This document shows positions 1 to 8,781 of a stretch of 64,000 nucleotides of DNA, in pieces. The position numbers and the translations under genes are program-made. The notes under the pieces are model-generated. The model had not been told where the DNA came from and did not search any database. It was given only the letters and a program-made list of their open reading frames with translations. Positions within the stretch are counted from its first letter, which is position 1; every line of letters begins with the position of its first letter. The DNA comes from an uncultured Dehalococcoidia bacterium (GTDB lineage: Bacteria; Chloroflexota; Dehalococcoidia; Lucifugimonadales; UBA1123). The DNA is taken from positions 405,800 through 469,799 of the forward strand of contig OY282441.1 in the NCBI GenBank assembly GCA_958296105.1, read 5' to 3'.

Positions 1-137
1 CTGGCGTCCCATATTCGGCTGCCCTCGCCCCGCTCGATCACCAGATCGTAGCTGACGTTGCCCAGGTTGCCACCCGGCAGCGTCGCATGGGCGCGCTGGA
101 TAAGATTCCGTTCTCTGTCCGACTGTACGCGAGTCAT
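1..137 (-). CDS. class-III PLP aminotransferase, N-terminal fragment running off the window edge
   Basis: Reverse translation from ATG (137-135) gives MTRVQSDRERNLIQRAHATLPGGNLGNVSYDLVIERGEGSRIWDA, a typical N-terminus of GSA-aminomutase/acetylornithine-aminotransferase-type enzymes. AGGAG lies 6 nt upstream. An in-frame ATG at 182-180 with a duplicated AGGAG is an alternative start. Confidence 0.5.
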   Translation of the reverse strand, partial: MTRVQSDRERNLIQRAHATLPGGNLGNVSYDLVIERGEGSRIWDA

Positions 138-375
138 TCTCAACTCCTGAAACTGGGTGTGCGCCGCAGGCTCGACAGCCATTCCCGACTCCTGAAGCTG
201 GGCGCGCGCAGGGCTTGGCGGTCGGCGAGATTATACCAGAGAACGCCCCAATCGTCTGTTATGCTGTAAGCTCGATGCTGGACAGTCGCCCTTCGACCGT
301 GACGCCACAGCCATACCCGTTCGCGGGCGCGACCCCATCCCGGAAATCCGCCAATCTGGAATCTGGCACACCCGC

Positions 376-381
376 TATAAT
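376..381 (+). promoter_or_regulatory. possible -10 box (TATAAT) upstream of pepA
   Basis: Perfect TATAAT 30 nt upstream of the pepA ATG. No convincing -35 was seen. Confidence 0.3.
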
Positions 382-410
382 GAAACTGTTTCTGCACGGG
401 AGGAGAGCGA

Positions 411-1940
411 ATGAAGATATACGCAGTTCATGGAAATATATCCGAGCGCGAGGATGCGGCCATCGTGGTCAACCTCTTCGAGGGCGTCACTGACCCCGGC
501 GGCGCGACAGGCGCGGTGGATGCCGCGCTCGGCGGCGCTGTCAGCGATCTGATCGCCGAAGGCGACGTCAGCGGAAGCAGGGGAGAGCATACCCTGATCT
601 ATACGCTCGGAAGGCTGCCAGCCAAGCGCGTGGTCATAGCAGGGCTTGGCGACCAGAGCTCGTTCGGCGCCAACGAGGCCAGAGACGTCCACGCAGGAGT
701 GGCGAGGCTCCTCAATTCCAAAGGCGTTCGCAGCTACTCCACCGTGGCGCACGGCGCGGGAGCGGGCGGCATGGACGCATCCGCCGCGGGCCGTGTGGCT
801 GCCGAGGGAATCGCGCTCGGCCTCTACTCGTTCGACAAGTACAAGTCCGCCGCCGCCCCGTCGTCTCTGGAGTCTGTCGCCATAGTCGAGTTCGACCGCG
901 ACCGGGTCGGCGCGATAGGGGAGGGCGCTTCAGACGGCGTCGTGGTCGCGGACGCTGCCAACCTCGCGCGTGAGATGGGTAACGAACCCGCCAACTACAT
1001 GACCCCCACGCGCATGGCGGAGATCGCCCTCGAAGTCGCCCAAGAGTCGGGCATGGAGCTTACGGTGCTGGAACGCTCGGACATCGAGCGCCTCGGAATG
1101 GGCGCTCTGGCGGGAGTGGCGCAGGGCAGCGAGGAGCCTCCCAAGTTCATCGTGATGCGATACCATGGCGACCCCGAAAACCCGGAGAACAACCTCGCGC
1201 TTCTGGGCAAGGGCATCACGTTCGACAGCGGCGGCTTGGATATCAAGTCCGCGTCCGGAATGCTCACCATGAAGAGCGACATGTCCGGCGGGGCGTGCGT
1301 CATCGCCGCGATGAAGGCTATCGGCGCGTTCGAGCCTAAGATCAACGTCTGGGCAATCGTCCCCGCCACGGAGAACATGCCCGGCCGCCGCGCCCAGCGG
1401 CCGGGAGACGTCGTCCGAGCCATGAACGGAAAGACCATCGAGATAGGCAACACGGACGCCGAGGGCAGGCTCGTCCTCGCTGATGCCATGTGCTACGCCG
1501 TCGAGAACCGCCTGACCAGAATAGTGGACGTCGCCACCCTGACCGGCGCCGTCCGCGTGGCGCTGGGAGACGCAGCCACCGGCATCTTCGGGAACGATCA
1601 GGCATGGATCGACCGGATAGTCGATGCGGGCGCGGCGGTGGGGGAGCGCATGTGGCAGCTGCCAACCTACGACTCGTACAAGTCCGACTACCGCAGCGAC
1701 ATCGCCGACATCAAGAACACCGGAGGCGCGGGAGCGGGAGCGATAGCCGGAGCGCTCATCATAGGCGAGTTCGCCGCGGATTCCAGCTGGGCGCACCTCG
1801 ACATCGCCGCCACCACCAGAACGACGAGCGCAAGGGGAATCAACCCGAAGGGATCTACAGGCGTTCCTGTCAGAACGCTGGTCGAGCTTGCCATGAGCCT
1901 AGCTGTGGACGAACAACCTAAGAAAACCGCAAAAGCATGA
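411..1940 (+). CDS. pepA: leucyl aminopeptidase (M17 family)
   Basis: 509-aa ORF with the M17 signature NTDAEGRLVLADA and GITFDSGG. GGGAGGAG Shine-Dalgarno lies upstream of the ATG. Confidence 0.95.
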   Translation: MKIYAVHGNISEREDAAIVVNLFEGVTDPGGATGAVDAALGGAVSDLIAEGDVSGSRGEHTLIYTLGRLPAKRVVIAGLGDQSSFGANEARDVHAGVARLLNSKGVRSYSTVAHGAGAGGMDASAAGRVAAEGIALGLYSFDKYKSAAAPSSLESVAIVEFDRDRVGAIGEGASDGVVVADAANLAREMGNEPANYMTPTRMAEIALEVAQESGMELTVLERSDIERLGMGALAGVAQGSEEPPKFIVMRYHGDPENPENNLALLGKGITFDSGGLDIKSASGMLTMKSDMSGGACVIAAMKAIGAFEPKINVWAIVPATENMPGRRAQRPGDVVRAMNGKTIEIGNTDAEGRLVLADAMCYAVENRLTRIVDVATLTGAVRVALGDAATGIFGNDQAWIDRIVDAGAAVGERMWQLPTYDSYKSDYRSDIADIKNTGGAGAGAIAGALIIGEFAADSSWAHLDIAATTRTTSARGINPKGSTGVPVRTLVELAMSLAVDEQPKKTAKA

Positions 1941-2326
1941 TATTCGGACACATAATCAGCGCCACCTGACGATAATACATGCGAGCGTCCACACGGCAGA
2001 GGCCTGTCGAAGGCGGACTGTCCATCGAGCCGAGAATCTCGGGCGGCATACCCCTCGAACACGTGACCATCCCGCAGTAGGGGAATCGCGCCGAAGGGAT
2101 CCACAGGCGCGCTTGGTCAGAATGCTGGTCGAGCTTGCCATGAGCCTAGCTGTGGACGAACAACCTAAGAAAACCGCAAAAACATGATATTCGGACGTAC
2201 AATCAGCGTCGCTTGACGATAATACATGTGAGCGTCCACCCGGCGGAGGCCTGTCGAAGGCGGCTGTCCATCGAGCCGAGAGTCTCGGATGGCATACATC
2301 TCGAACACGTGACCGTCCCGCAGCAG
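1834..2326. repeat. tandem direct duplication, 2 x ~246 bp, containing the last 107 nt of pepA plus downstream sequence
   Basis: Unit 1 (1834-2079) and unit 2 (2080-2326) align end to end with scattered substitutions and one 1-nt indel. Both start with GGGGAAT, and a third GGGGAAT begins at 2327. Confidence 0.9.
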
Positions 2327-2422
2327 GGGGAATTCGAGAAGTACATCGGCACCCATCGCCTATGGGACAGTTAGCTGCCTCGAACGCCCTAGATTGAACT
2401 GACATTGGCCTTGTGTTAGTAT

Positions 2423-2782
2423 TTGTTCAATCCATATGGAGGCCCCAGCCTTGTGACATCCCCTTCACGGTGGACCTTCATCACCAATCACGGCCTCGTT
2501 CTCAGCTACATCTCGCACAACTCCACCAGCACGGCTCGCGAGATCGCCCAGTACATCGGCGTAACCGAGAGAACCACTCACAAGATCATCTCCGACCTCG
2601 AACAGGCGGGGTACATCACCAGACGCAGGCGAGGGAGAAGGAACGTGTACAGCGTCGATCCCAACCTGCCCCTGCGCCACCACACCAAGAAAGACGTGAT
2701 CGTATCCGAGCTTCTGGAGGCGCTGACTAGCCGCGACCTCCATGAGATCATGGAGACGTCCAGCAACGACTCATCCGCCTGA
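2423..2782 (+). CDS. winged helix-turn-helix transcriptional regulator (MarR/ArsR-like)
   Basis: Segment STAREIAQYIGVTERTTHKIISDLEQAGYITRRRRGRRNVYSV is a classic wHTH. A GTG at 2453 preceded by GGAGG is a plausible true start. Confidence 0.7.
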   Translation: MFNPYGGPSLVTSPSRWTFITNHGLVLSYISHNSTSTAREIAQYIGVTERTTHKIISDLEQAGYITRRRRGRRNVYSVDPNLPLRHHTKKDVIVSELLEALTSRDLHEIMETSSNDSSA

Positions 2783-2964
2783 ATGGATTCCGCGCAGTCT
2801 TTACGGGGAATCGCAGTCAGTCCGCTTCCTCTCACGCAGACGCTTGCGGGGCAAGCAGTGAGACGAGCGCGAATCGCAATCGAGAGCTGCCTATCCGTTG
2901 GTCGGAGAGCTTTGGGGCGGTAGAACCGCGCCGCGCGCGGAACGGCTGCCTTCCTCACCCCTCG

Positions 2965-2994
2965 TTGACCCTCTCGAACGTAGGGTGCTAGAAT
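2965..2994 (+). promoter_or_regulatory. sigma70-like promoter for tRNA-His
   Basis: TTGACC (2965-2970), 18-nt spacer, TAGAAT (2989-2994), ending about 15 nt before the tRNA. Confidence 0.5.
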
Positions 2995-3008
2995 TTCCGT
3001 GTGGCAGT

Positions 3009-3084
3009 GGTGAGCGTGGCCAAGTGGCAAGGCGCCAGGTTGTGGCCCTGGAGATCGGGGGTTCGAATCCCCTCGCTCACCCCA
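3009..3084 (+). tRNA. tRNA-His (GTG)
   Basis: Cloverleaf read by hand: extra G-1, acceptor GTGAGCG/CGCTCAC, anticodon loop TTGTGGC, T arm GGGGG-TTCGAAT-CCCCT, encoded CCA. Confidence 0.9.
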
Positions 3085-3188
3085 CCATCTTTCTAGCTCT
3101 CTCACGTCTATCCAACGGCCATCGGAATATCCGCCGCCGGGATATCTGATTGACGCCAAGCGGCCCCTACCGCAAGGAGGGTACCCAA

Positions 3189-4319
3189 GTGCCATCTGGA
3201 TTCGCCTCTGTGGACATCCTGCGTTCTGGAGATCCGCACGGTAACCGAATGGTCTTGCGCATGACCACCCCGACCGAACAGCCCATTCACGCTATCGGCG
3301 TCCCGCAGGACTGGCCATCCCGCACAGGCCCAACGTGGTGCTACGTGTTCGAGAACGAGGGCGTAACGCTGGTGGACCCCGGCGCGCAAGGCTCTTTCGC
3401 CGAGCTTCGGGACGGCCTGAGAGTCGCCGGATACTCGGTCAGAGACATAGACCGCGTTATCGTCACCCACGGCCACTCCGACCACGACGGATCGACCGCC
3501 GAGCTGGTGGACTCGGCAGACGCGCAGCTGTGGGCGCACCAGATGTACGCCGCCCTGATCGCCTACAATCCCTGGGAAGTCCAGAACCGAGACGCCTCCC
3601 CCGTTCACGCCGAGATGAACAGAGTCGTCTCCGGAAACATGGATCGTCGAAGCCACTCATTCGCCGCGCGAAACAGCAGATACGTAGCCGCCCGAAAGGG
3701 GCTGACCGTACACCGCGAGGTCGACGACGGGGACAGGGTGGGTGATCTCGCCTTCATCTACGCTCCGGGACACTCTCCCGATGAGTTGTGTCTGACTCTG
3801 GACGGTGTGGTCTTTACAGGAGATCACGTCCTGCCGGAGATTACGCCCCATCCGACCACCAAAGCGGGCTACTCCGATCACGTGGCGCAAGACATCCCCG
3901 CAAAGTTCAGCGACTCCTCCCGCTCGTATGGACTGGAAGCGTACATGAGATCGCTCAAAACCGTCCTAGATCTCGGCGAGGAGCGCGCCGTTCTTCCGGC
4001 GCACCGTCTGTTCAATCGCGGCAGGTTCAACTTCGTTTCCGTGAACAGGGCAGGCGAGGTCATAAATCATCACGGGCGGCGCTTGGATCAGATTCTCCAG
4101 CGCATAGACGACCGCCCCGCCGGTCTCGAAGAGGTGACGCGCGGCGTGTTCGAGCGCCGCAAGCTCAGCGGCGGCAATCTGTTCATGGCGCTCTCCGAGG
4201 TGGTGGCGCACGTAGAGGTGCTGCAAGACTTCGGAGACGTGGAGTTCACCGATGAAGCCATGCTGAGACGCACAGGCACGAAAAAGTTTCGCTCTTTCGT
4301 CCAAGAACTGGTAAACTGA
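3189..4319 (+). CDS. MBL-fold metallo-hydrolase
   Basis: HxHxDH motif (VTHGHSDHDG). GTG at 3189 is preceded by AAGGAGGG. The ORF track opens at 3150. Confidence 0.85.
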   Translation: MPSGFASVDILRSGDPHGNRMVLRMTTPTEQPIHAIGVPQDWPSRTGPTWCYVFENEGVTLVDPGAQGSFAELRDGLRVAGYSVRDIDRVIVTHGHSDHDGSTAELVDSADAQLWAHQMYAALIAYNPWEVQNRDASPVHAEMNRVVSGNMDRRSHSFAARNSRYVAARKGLTVHREVDDGDRVGDLAFIYAPGHSPDELCLTLDGVVFTGDHVLPEITPHPTTKAGYSDHVAQDIPAKFSDSSRSYGLEAYMRSLKTVLDLGEERAVLPAHRLFNRGRFNFVSVNRAGEVINHHGRRLDQILQRIDDRPAGLEEVTRGVFERRKLSGGNLFMALSEVVAHVEVLQDFGDVEFTDEAMLRRTGTKKFRSFVQELVN

Positions 4320-4350
4320 TATAGGCTTCCCCTGAGAAGCCAGCAAATGG

Positions 4351-4426
4351 GCGCCCGTAGCTCAGTGGATAGAGCACTGGTCTTCGGAACCAGGTGTCGC
4401 GGGTTCGAATCCTGCCGGGCGCGCCA
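4351..4426 (+). tRNA. tRNA-Arg (TCG)
   Basis: Acceptor GCGCCCG/CGGGCGC, D arm GCTC-AGTGGATA-GAGC, anticodon loop CTTCGGA, T arm GCGGG-TTCGAAT-CCTGC, encoded CCA. Confidence 0.9.
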
Positions 4427-4434
4427 AGCTCCAT

Positions 4435-5337
4435 CTAGCCATCCTCCGACCAGAAAGCCACACCAACCATTCCCGGCCCTATGTGCGCGCCCATGACGGG
4501 CGTGAACTCCGCATCGAACAGCTCCGCGCAGTCGAATTCGCTTTCGATCATGGCGCGAAGAGTTGCGGCCTGCTCCTCGGCGTCGGCGTGCATGACGATG
4601 GCGTGTACGCTGCCCCCGCCGATCCTGTCCGCCATCAGCCGCGCCATTCTGTATACAGCGCGCTTGCCCGTTCGCGGCCTCGCCAGCCCTCGAACCTCCG
4701 AACGGCGCAGCTCGAAGATGGGCTTCAGCTTCAGGAGGGACGCCGCCATCTGAGCGATCCCAGACACGCGCCCGCTCTTCCACAGGTGATATAGGGTGTC
4801 CACGTATGCCAGCAGCCGAACTCGTTCGCGCGTCCGGCGCGCTGCGGCTTCCACTTCGTCTATGCTCGCGCAGCCGCTCGCCGCCTTCAGCGCCTCCCAT
4901 GCGATCAGCCCCTCGCCGCCCGCTGCGCTCTGAGAGTCCAGCACTCGTATGTCGAAACCGTCCGAGACCTCCTGAAATCGTTCGCGCGCGATCTCGGCGG
5001 ATATTCTCGTGGAGCTGAACGTGTCCGACACCGTCACGCATAGAATGGACTGTGCCACTTCCGCAGCGGACGAGAACGCCGCCAGAAAGTCGCCCGGGGT
5101 CGGGGCGGAAGTACTCGTCCGTCCCGCGCTCAGACGCTGCACCTTGTAGAACTCGGCCGCGTCTATGTCCTCGCCGTCTCGGAAGGCGTCGTCTCCTATG
5201 TGAAGCAGCATCGGAACCACGAAAGTCAGGGGGTGAGCATGAAATCCGTCGGGCGCGGATGCCGCGCTGTCCACCACGATGGCGACCTTGCCCGCCGGAT
5301 GATATGCTCCCAAACGACATGGTGTCATCCTGTCCAT
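4435..5337 (-). CDS. DegV family fatty-acid-binding protein
   Basis: N-terminus KVAIVVDSAASAP and the overall pattern (TSAPTPGDFLAAF) are typical of the DegV family. Confidence 0.85.
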   Translation of the reverse strand: MDRMTPCRLGAYHPAGKVAIVVDSAASAPDGFHAHPLTFVVPMLLHIGDDAFRDGEDIDAAEFYKVQRLSAGRTSTSAPTPGDFLAAFSSAAEVAQSILCVTVSDTFSSTRISAEIARERFQEVSDGFDIRVLDSQSAAGGEGLIAWEALKAASGCASIDEVEAAARRTRERVRLLAYVDTLYHLWKSGRVSGIAQMAASLLKLKPIFELRRSEVRGLARPRTGKRAVYRMARLMADRIGGGSVHAIVMHADAEEQAATLRAMIESEFDCAELFDAEFTPVMGAHIGPGMVGVAFWSEDG

Positions 5338-5440
5338 TGCGCCGTGATTATGTTACGGCGAGCTTGGATCGTCAACCTAGAGCCAGCGCAATTCGCCCCG
5401 CCAACAGATCCCGTGCCTACTCGAATAGCCAGCCCAGTGG

Positions 5441-6478
5441 ATGAACATGAGCGCGCCTGCCGATGGGATGGGCGACTTATCGGCATCGAACGGCGACCGT
5501 GTGATACGATTGCTTCATACCAATCGCCACGTCACCTTTGGGACGAGGATAGACATGACTACGAAACCAGTTGTCAGCCCCGCCGCGCCTAAGCGGTACG
5601 GCCCGGATTTCCAACTGCCCGATCCGCCGAGGCCTTACGATATGAGACAGCGCGCTCAGTTCAAGCGCTTCGACAGCGCATTGGACGCACACTTCGCCGA
5701 CCGCCCGGATGTCCTCGTCTGCGGAGAGGGATACCTGCGGCTCGACGGCTATGACAACGCCGAGGTGTTCATCCCCGACTGCGTGGTCGCGTTCGGAGTG
5801 GATCCTGACTCCATAGTCGCGCGCAACGGCTACATCATAGACGAGGTGGGAAAGCCCCCCGACTTCCTGATGGAGGTGGCGTCCAGAAGCACGGGCAAGC
5901 GCGACTACACGATCAAGCGCGAGAGCTACGCCCGAGACTACCAGGTGCCGGAGTACTGGCGCTTCGACGAGAGCGGCGGGCGCTGGCACGACGCGCCGCT
6001 GGCTGGCGACACGCTGGTGGAAGGGGAGTACGTCCCCATACCGATCCGGCGGAACGAGGACGGTGTTCTGTGGGGACGCAGCGAGGTGCTGGGTCTGGAC
6101 GTGTGCTGGGACAATGGACGCCTGCGCTTCTACGACCCAGACGCTGGCAGGTATCTTCCGGACGCCGAGGAGATGAGGCGCGAGCTGGACTCCAAGAGAG
6201 CCCGAGCATACGCTGAAGGCATCCGGGCAGATGCCGCCGAAGCGCAGCGCGACATGGCAGAGGTCCAGCTGGATTCCGAAGCCGCCAGAGCCAACACAGC
6301 CGAAGCTCAGCGTGACGCAGCCAGAGCGCAGAGAGACGCAGACAGAGCCAAGCGAGAGGCAGCCGAAGCCCAGCGTGACGCCGCTAGAGCCAAGCGAGAC
6401 AATGCCAGAGCGCAGAGAGACGCAGCCGAAGCCGAAGTCGAGCGACTCCGTGAAATGCTCCGCCGCCTGCGCGAATAG
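5441..6478 (+). CDS. Uma2 (DUF820) family endonuclease with a C-terminal heptad-repeat tail
   Basis: Core PDFLMEVASRSTGKRDYTIKRESYARDYQVPEYWRFD matches the Uma2 PD-(D/E)xK core. The tail has about 10 heptads of A-E/R-A-Q-R-D-A. The true start may be the internal ATG (MTTKPV). Confidence 0.7.
   Translation: MNMSAPADGMGDLSASNGDRVIRLLHTNRHVTFGTRIDMTTKPVVSPAAPKRYGPDFQLPDPPRPYDMRQRAQFKRFDSALDAHFADRPDVLVCGEGYLRLDGYDNAEVFIPDCVVAFGVDPDSIVARNGYIIDEVGKPPDFLMEVASRSTGKRDYTIKRESYARDYQVPEYWRFDESGGRWHDAPLAGDTLVEGEYVPIPIRRNEDGVLWGRSEVLGLDVCWDNGRLRFYDPDAGRYLPDAEEMRRELDSKRARAYAEGIRADAAEAQRDMAEVQLDSEAARANTAEAQRDAARAQRDADRAKREAAEAQRDAARAKRDNARAQRDAAEAEVERLREMLRRLRE
6228..6450 (+). repeat. 21-nt (7-aa) tandem repeats inside the Uma2 gene
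   Basis: AEAQRDM AEVQLDS EAARANT AEAQRDA ARAQRDA DRAKREA AEAQRDA ARAKRDN ARAQRDA AEAEVER. Confidence 0.85.
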
Positions 6479-6559
6479 CGCGCCAGCCGCTCCCATGCCA
6501 ATCGGCGCGATTGAACGCCCGTCCAGCGCTGATGTAGAATTCAGGCTAGGAGAGGGCCT

Positions 6560-7768
6560 TTGGTGTCGGAGACAAACTTCATAGGCAGGCTGAGACACAT
6601 GCGAGACCTCGGTCCCGATGAGGCCGAGGCCAGCCGCGCCATCGCTGCAAGCCTCGCCGGAGCCTTGGCCAAAGGCGGATTCCAGCGCCTCGATACGCCA
6701 GTGCTGGAGCGGACGGACATGTTCATCAGAAAGTCCGGCGGAGAGATAGCGGGCAGCCTCTACGCCTTCTCCGACCCCGGCGGCGTCAGCGTCAGCCTGC
6801 GGCCCGAATTCACCCCGTCCGTCATCAGGTGGTTCATCGAGAACGTTCGCCAGCCTTGCGGTTCGTACAGGTACCGCTACTCTGGGCCTGTGTTCAGATA
6901 CGGCGGCAGCCGCGGAGCGAGATTTCGCCAGTTCCATCAGGTGGGCGGGGAGCTGATCGGAACTCCCGGTTCTGCGGGGGACGTCGAAATCCTGCGCGCC
7001 GCGCTCGACTGCCTGGAGTCCATAGGAGTCTCCGGCTGCCGCCTGCGCCTCGGCCATCTCGGAGTCGTCCGCGCGCTGGTCTCCTCTCAGAATCTGTCCA
7101 AGCCGCTGCAAATGTTCGTCATCTCCAATCTGGAAGATATCGGAGGACGCGCCGACTGCCTGGCTCGCTTGGGTGAGAAGGCCGCCGCCGCCGGACTCGT
7201 CATCGAAAATTCCAAAGATGCCGTGTACGCTCAGCCCATCGCCGACAGCTCCGTACCCGCGCTCGACGCGCTTGGACACTCGATATCCGGGCCGACTGGC
7301 AGAAGGACATCCGAGCAGATACTGACACGGCTCTTCCGCCGCATGGGGCAGGCTTCCTCACGGGCCGACTTCTCCGCCGCTATCGAGAACGTGGCGCGCC
7401 TCGTCTCTGCCACAGGCTCCGCCTGCGAAGTGGCAGCCCACGCCAGAACAGTCTTCGAGAAGTGCGGCGCGCCCTTGGACCGCGTCGAGGAGCTGGAATC
7501 CACCCTGTCCAATCTCCGCCGCGCAGGGGTGGACGAGTCCGCCATCCAACTCGATCTCTCGTTCGTCAGGGGGCTGGCATACTATACGGGAATCGTCTTC
7601 GAGTTCACGGACGGGGAGGGCGCGAGTGAGCATCCGCTCGGCGGAGGCGGCAGATACGACGATCTGGTCAGGGCGTTCGGCGGCGCGGACGTTCCAGCCT
7701 GCGGATTCGCTCTGAACGTGGACGAGCTAGCCGCCCTGCCGCCCGCGCCGAAGGTGGACGATGACTGA
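6560..7768 (+). CDS. hisZ: ATP phosphoribosyltransferase regulatory subunit (HisRS paralog without anticodon-binding domain)
   Basis: Class-II aaRS motifs are present (RPEFTPSV, YRYRYSGPVFRY, GGGGRYDDL). The protein ends about 35 aa after motif 3. It overlaps hisG by 8 nt (ATGACTGA). Confidence 0.8.
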   Translation: MVSETNFIGRLRHMRDLGPDEAEASRAIAASLAGALAKGGFQRLDTPVLERTDMFIRKSGGEIAGSLYAFSDPGGVSVSLRPEFTPSVIRWFIENVRQPCGSYRYRYSGPVFRYGGSRGARFRQFHQVGGELIGTPGSAGDVEILRAALDCLESIGVSGCRLRLGHLGVVRALVSSQNLSKPLQMFVISNLEDIGGRADCLARLGEKAAAAGLVIENSKDAVYAQPIADSSVPALDALGHSISGPTGRRTSEQILTRLFRRMGQASSRADFSAAIENVARLVSATGSACEVAAHARTVFEKCGAPLDRVEELESTLSNLRRAGVDESAIQLDLSFVRGLAYYTGIVFEFTDGEGASEHPLGGGGRYDDLVRAFGGADVPACGFALNVDELAALPPAPKVDDD

Positions 7769-8753
7769 CTCGACTCTGAGAATCGCGCTGCCGAGCAGCG
7801 GCGCGCTCCATGATCCCTGCATGTCGTTCATGCGCTCGTGCGGTCTGCCGGTGTCACGCACCAACAGCCGCCGATACATCGCCTCGGTCGACTCGATCCC
7901 AAACACGACCGTAATGTTTCAGCGAAGCTCGGACATCACCTCGATGGTCGATGAGGGTACGGTCGATCTCGGCATAATCGGAATGGACCAGTTCATGGAG
8001 AATCGCAGAGAGGACGGCGATACGAGGGTCGCCATAGACAGACTCGGCTTCGGCAGAAGCAGCCTCGTCCTCGCCGTTCCCGATTCGTGGGTGGACGTGA
8101 CATCCATCTCGGATCTGGCAGACATCTCGGTCGAATTCAGGAGCGGAGGACACGATCTGAGAGTGGCCACCAAGTATCCCCGCCTCATCCAGCGCCATCT
8201 GCTTTCGCACGGTGTCAGCTACTTCAGCTTGGTCAATTCCAGCGGAACGCTCGAAGCCGCCCCTGCCATGGGTTTCGCAGACATCATAGGCGATATAACC
8301 GAGAGCGGAACCACTATCCGCGAGAACCGTCTGAAGCAGATAGACGGCGGAACGGCCATCACCTCCGAAGCCTGCGTGATCTCGCGCCGCATGAGTCCAG
8401 ATCGAGACTGCGGGAGGCTGGCTGCGGCAAGGCTGATGCTGGAGATGATGGAAGCCCACCTAGGCGCGCGCAGCTGCGTCAGCGTCACCGCCAACATGAG
8501 GGGCGAGACCGCCGAGGAGCTAGCCGAGTACGTACTCAGGTACGAGGACATCTCCGGGCTGCGCGGCCCAACCATCGCCAGAGTCTTCGCTCCGGACGGG
8601 CTGGACTGGTTCTCCGTCACCGTGATCGTAGAGGAGAGTCGGCTCATGGTCGCAGTCGACCGCCTGCGCAAGATCGGAGGCATCAGCGTAACCGTCTCCA
8701 AACCCGACTACGTGTTCCAGTCCGAGTGCAAATCCTACGCCCGCCTCATCTGA
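7761..8753 (+). CDS. hisG: ATP phosphoribosyltransferase, long form with HisG_C domain
   Basis: LRIALPSSGAL N-terminus. The C-terminal segment VSVTANMRGETAEEL...GPTIARVF...WFSVTVIVEESRLMVAVDRLRKIGGISVTV looks like the regulatory HisG_C domain. Confidence 0.9.
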   Translation: MTDSTLRIALPSSGALHDPCMSFMRSCGLPVSRTNSRRYIASVDSIPNTTVMFQRSSDITSMVDEGTVDLGIIGMDQFMENRREDGDTRVAIDRLGFGRSSLVLAVPDSWVDVTSISDLADISVEFRSGGHDLRVATKYPRLIQRHLLSHGVSYFSLVNSSGTLEAAPAMGFADIIGDITESGTTIRENRLKQIDGGTAITSEACVISRRMSPDRDCGRLAAARLMLEMMEAHLGARSCVSVTANMRGETAEELAEYVLRYEDISGLRGPTIARVFAPDGLDWFSVTVIVEESRLMVAVDRLRKIGGISVTVSKPDYVFQSECKSYARLI

Positions 8754-8781
8754 GAGGGGAGCGGCCAGAATCGAGCGCGCA

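Noticed and set aside
135-215. Two ~36-nt direct repeats (CATTC.C.ACTCCTGAA.CTGGG...GCAGG) as a regulatory element
   Set aside because: On the minus strand each copy is simply AGGAG plus ATG, so this is a duplicated translation-initiation region of the edge aminotransferase gene. It is noted as an alternative start, and there is not enough evidence for an operator.
1956-2356. Small minus-strand ORFs inside each pepA-duplication unit (shared PLLRDGHVFE.YA.RDSRLDGQ)
   Set aside because: The two units differ by a 1-nt indel right after this stretch, so the downstream frames disagree. The similarity is explained by DNA duplication rather than a conserved coding frame.
5477-7279. 600-aa minus-strand ORF, and similar very long antisense ORFs at 43785-46277, 4088-5320, 40482-41450 and 9153-9524
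   Set aside because: They overlap well-supported genes on the other strand or frame. They are Arg/Gly/Ala/Pro-rich with no motifs, which is the typical stop-codon-poor shadow frame of GC-rich DNA.
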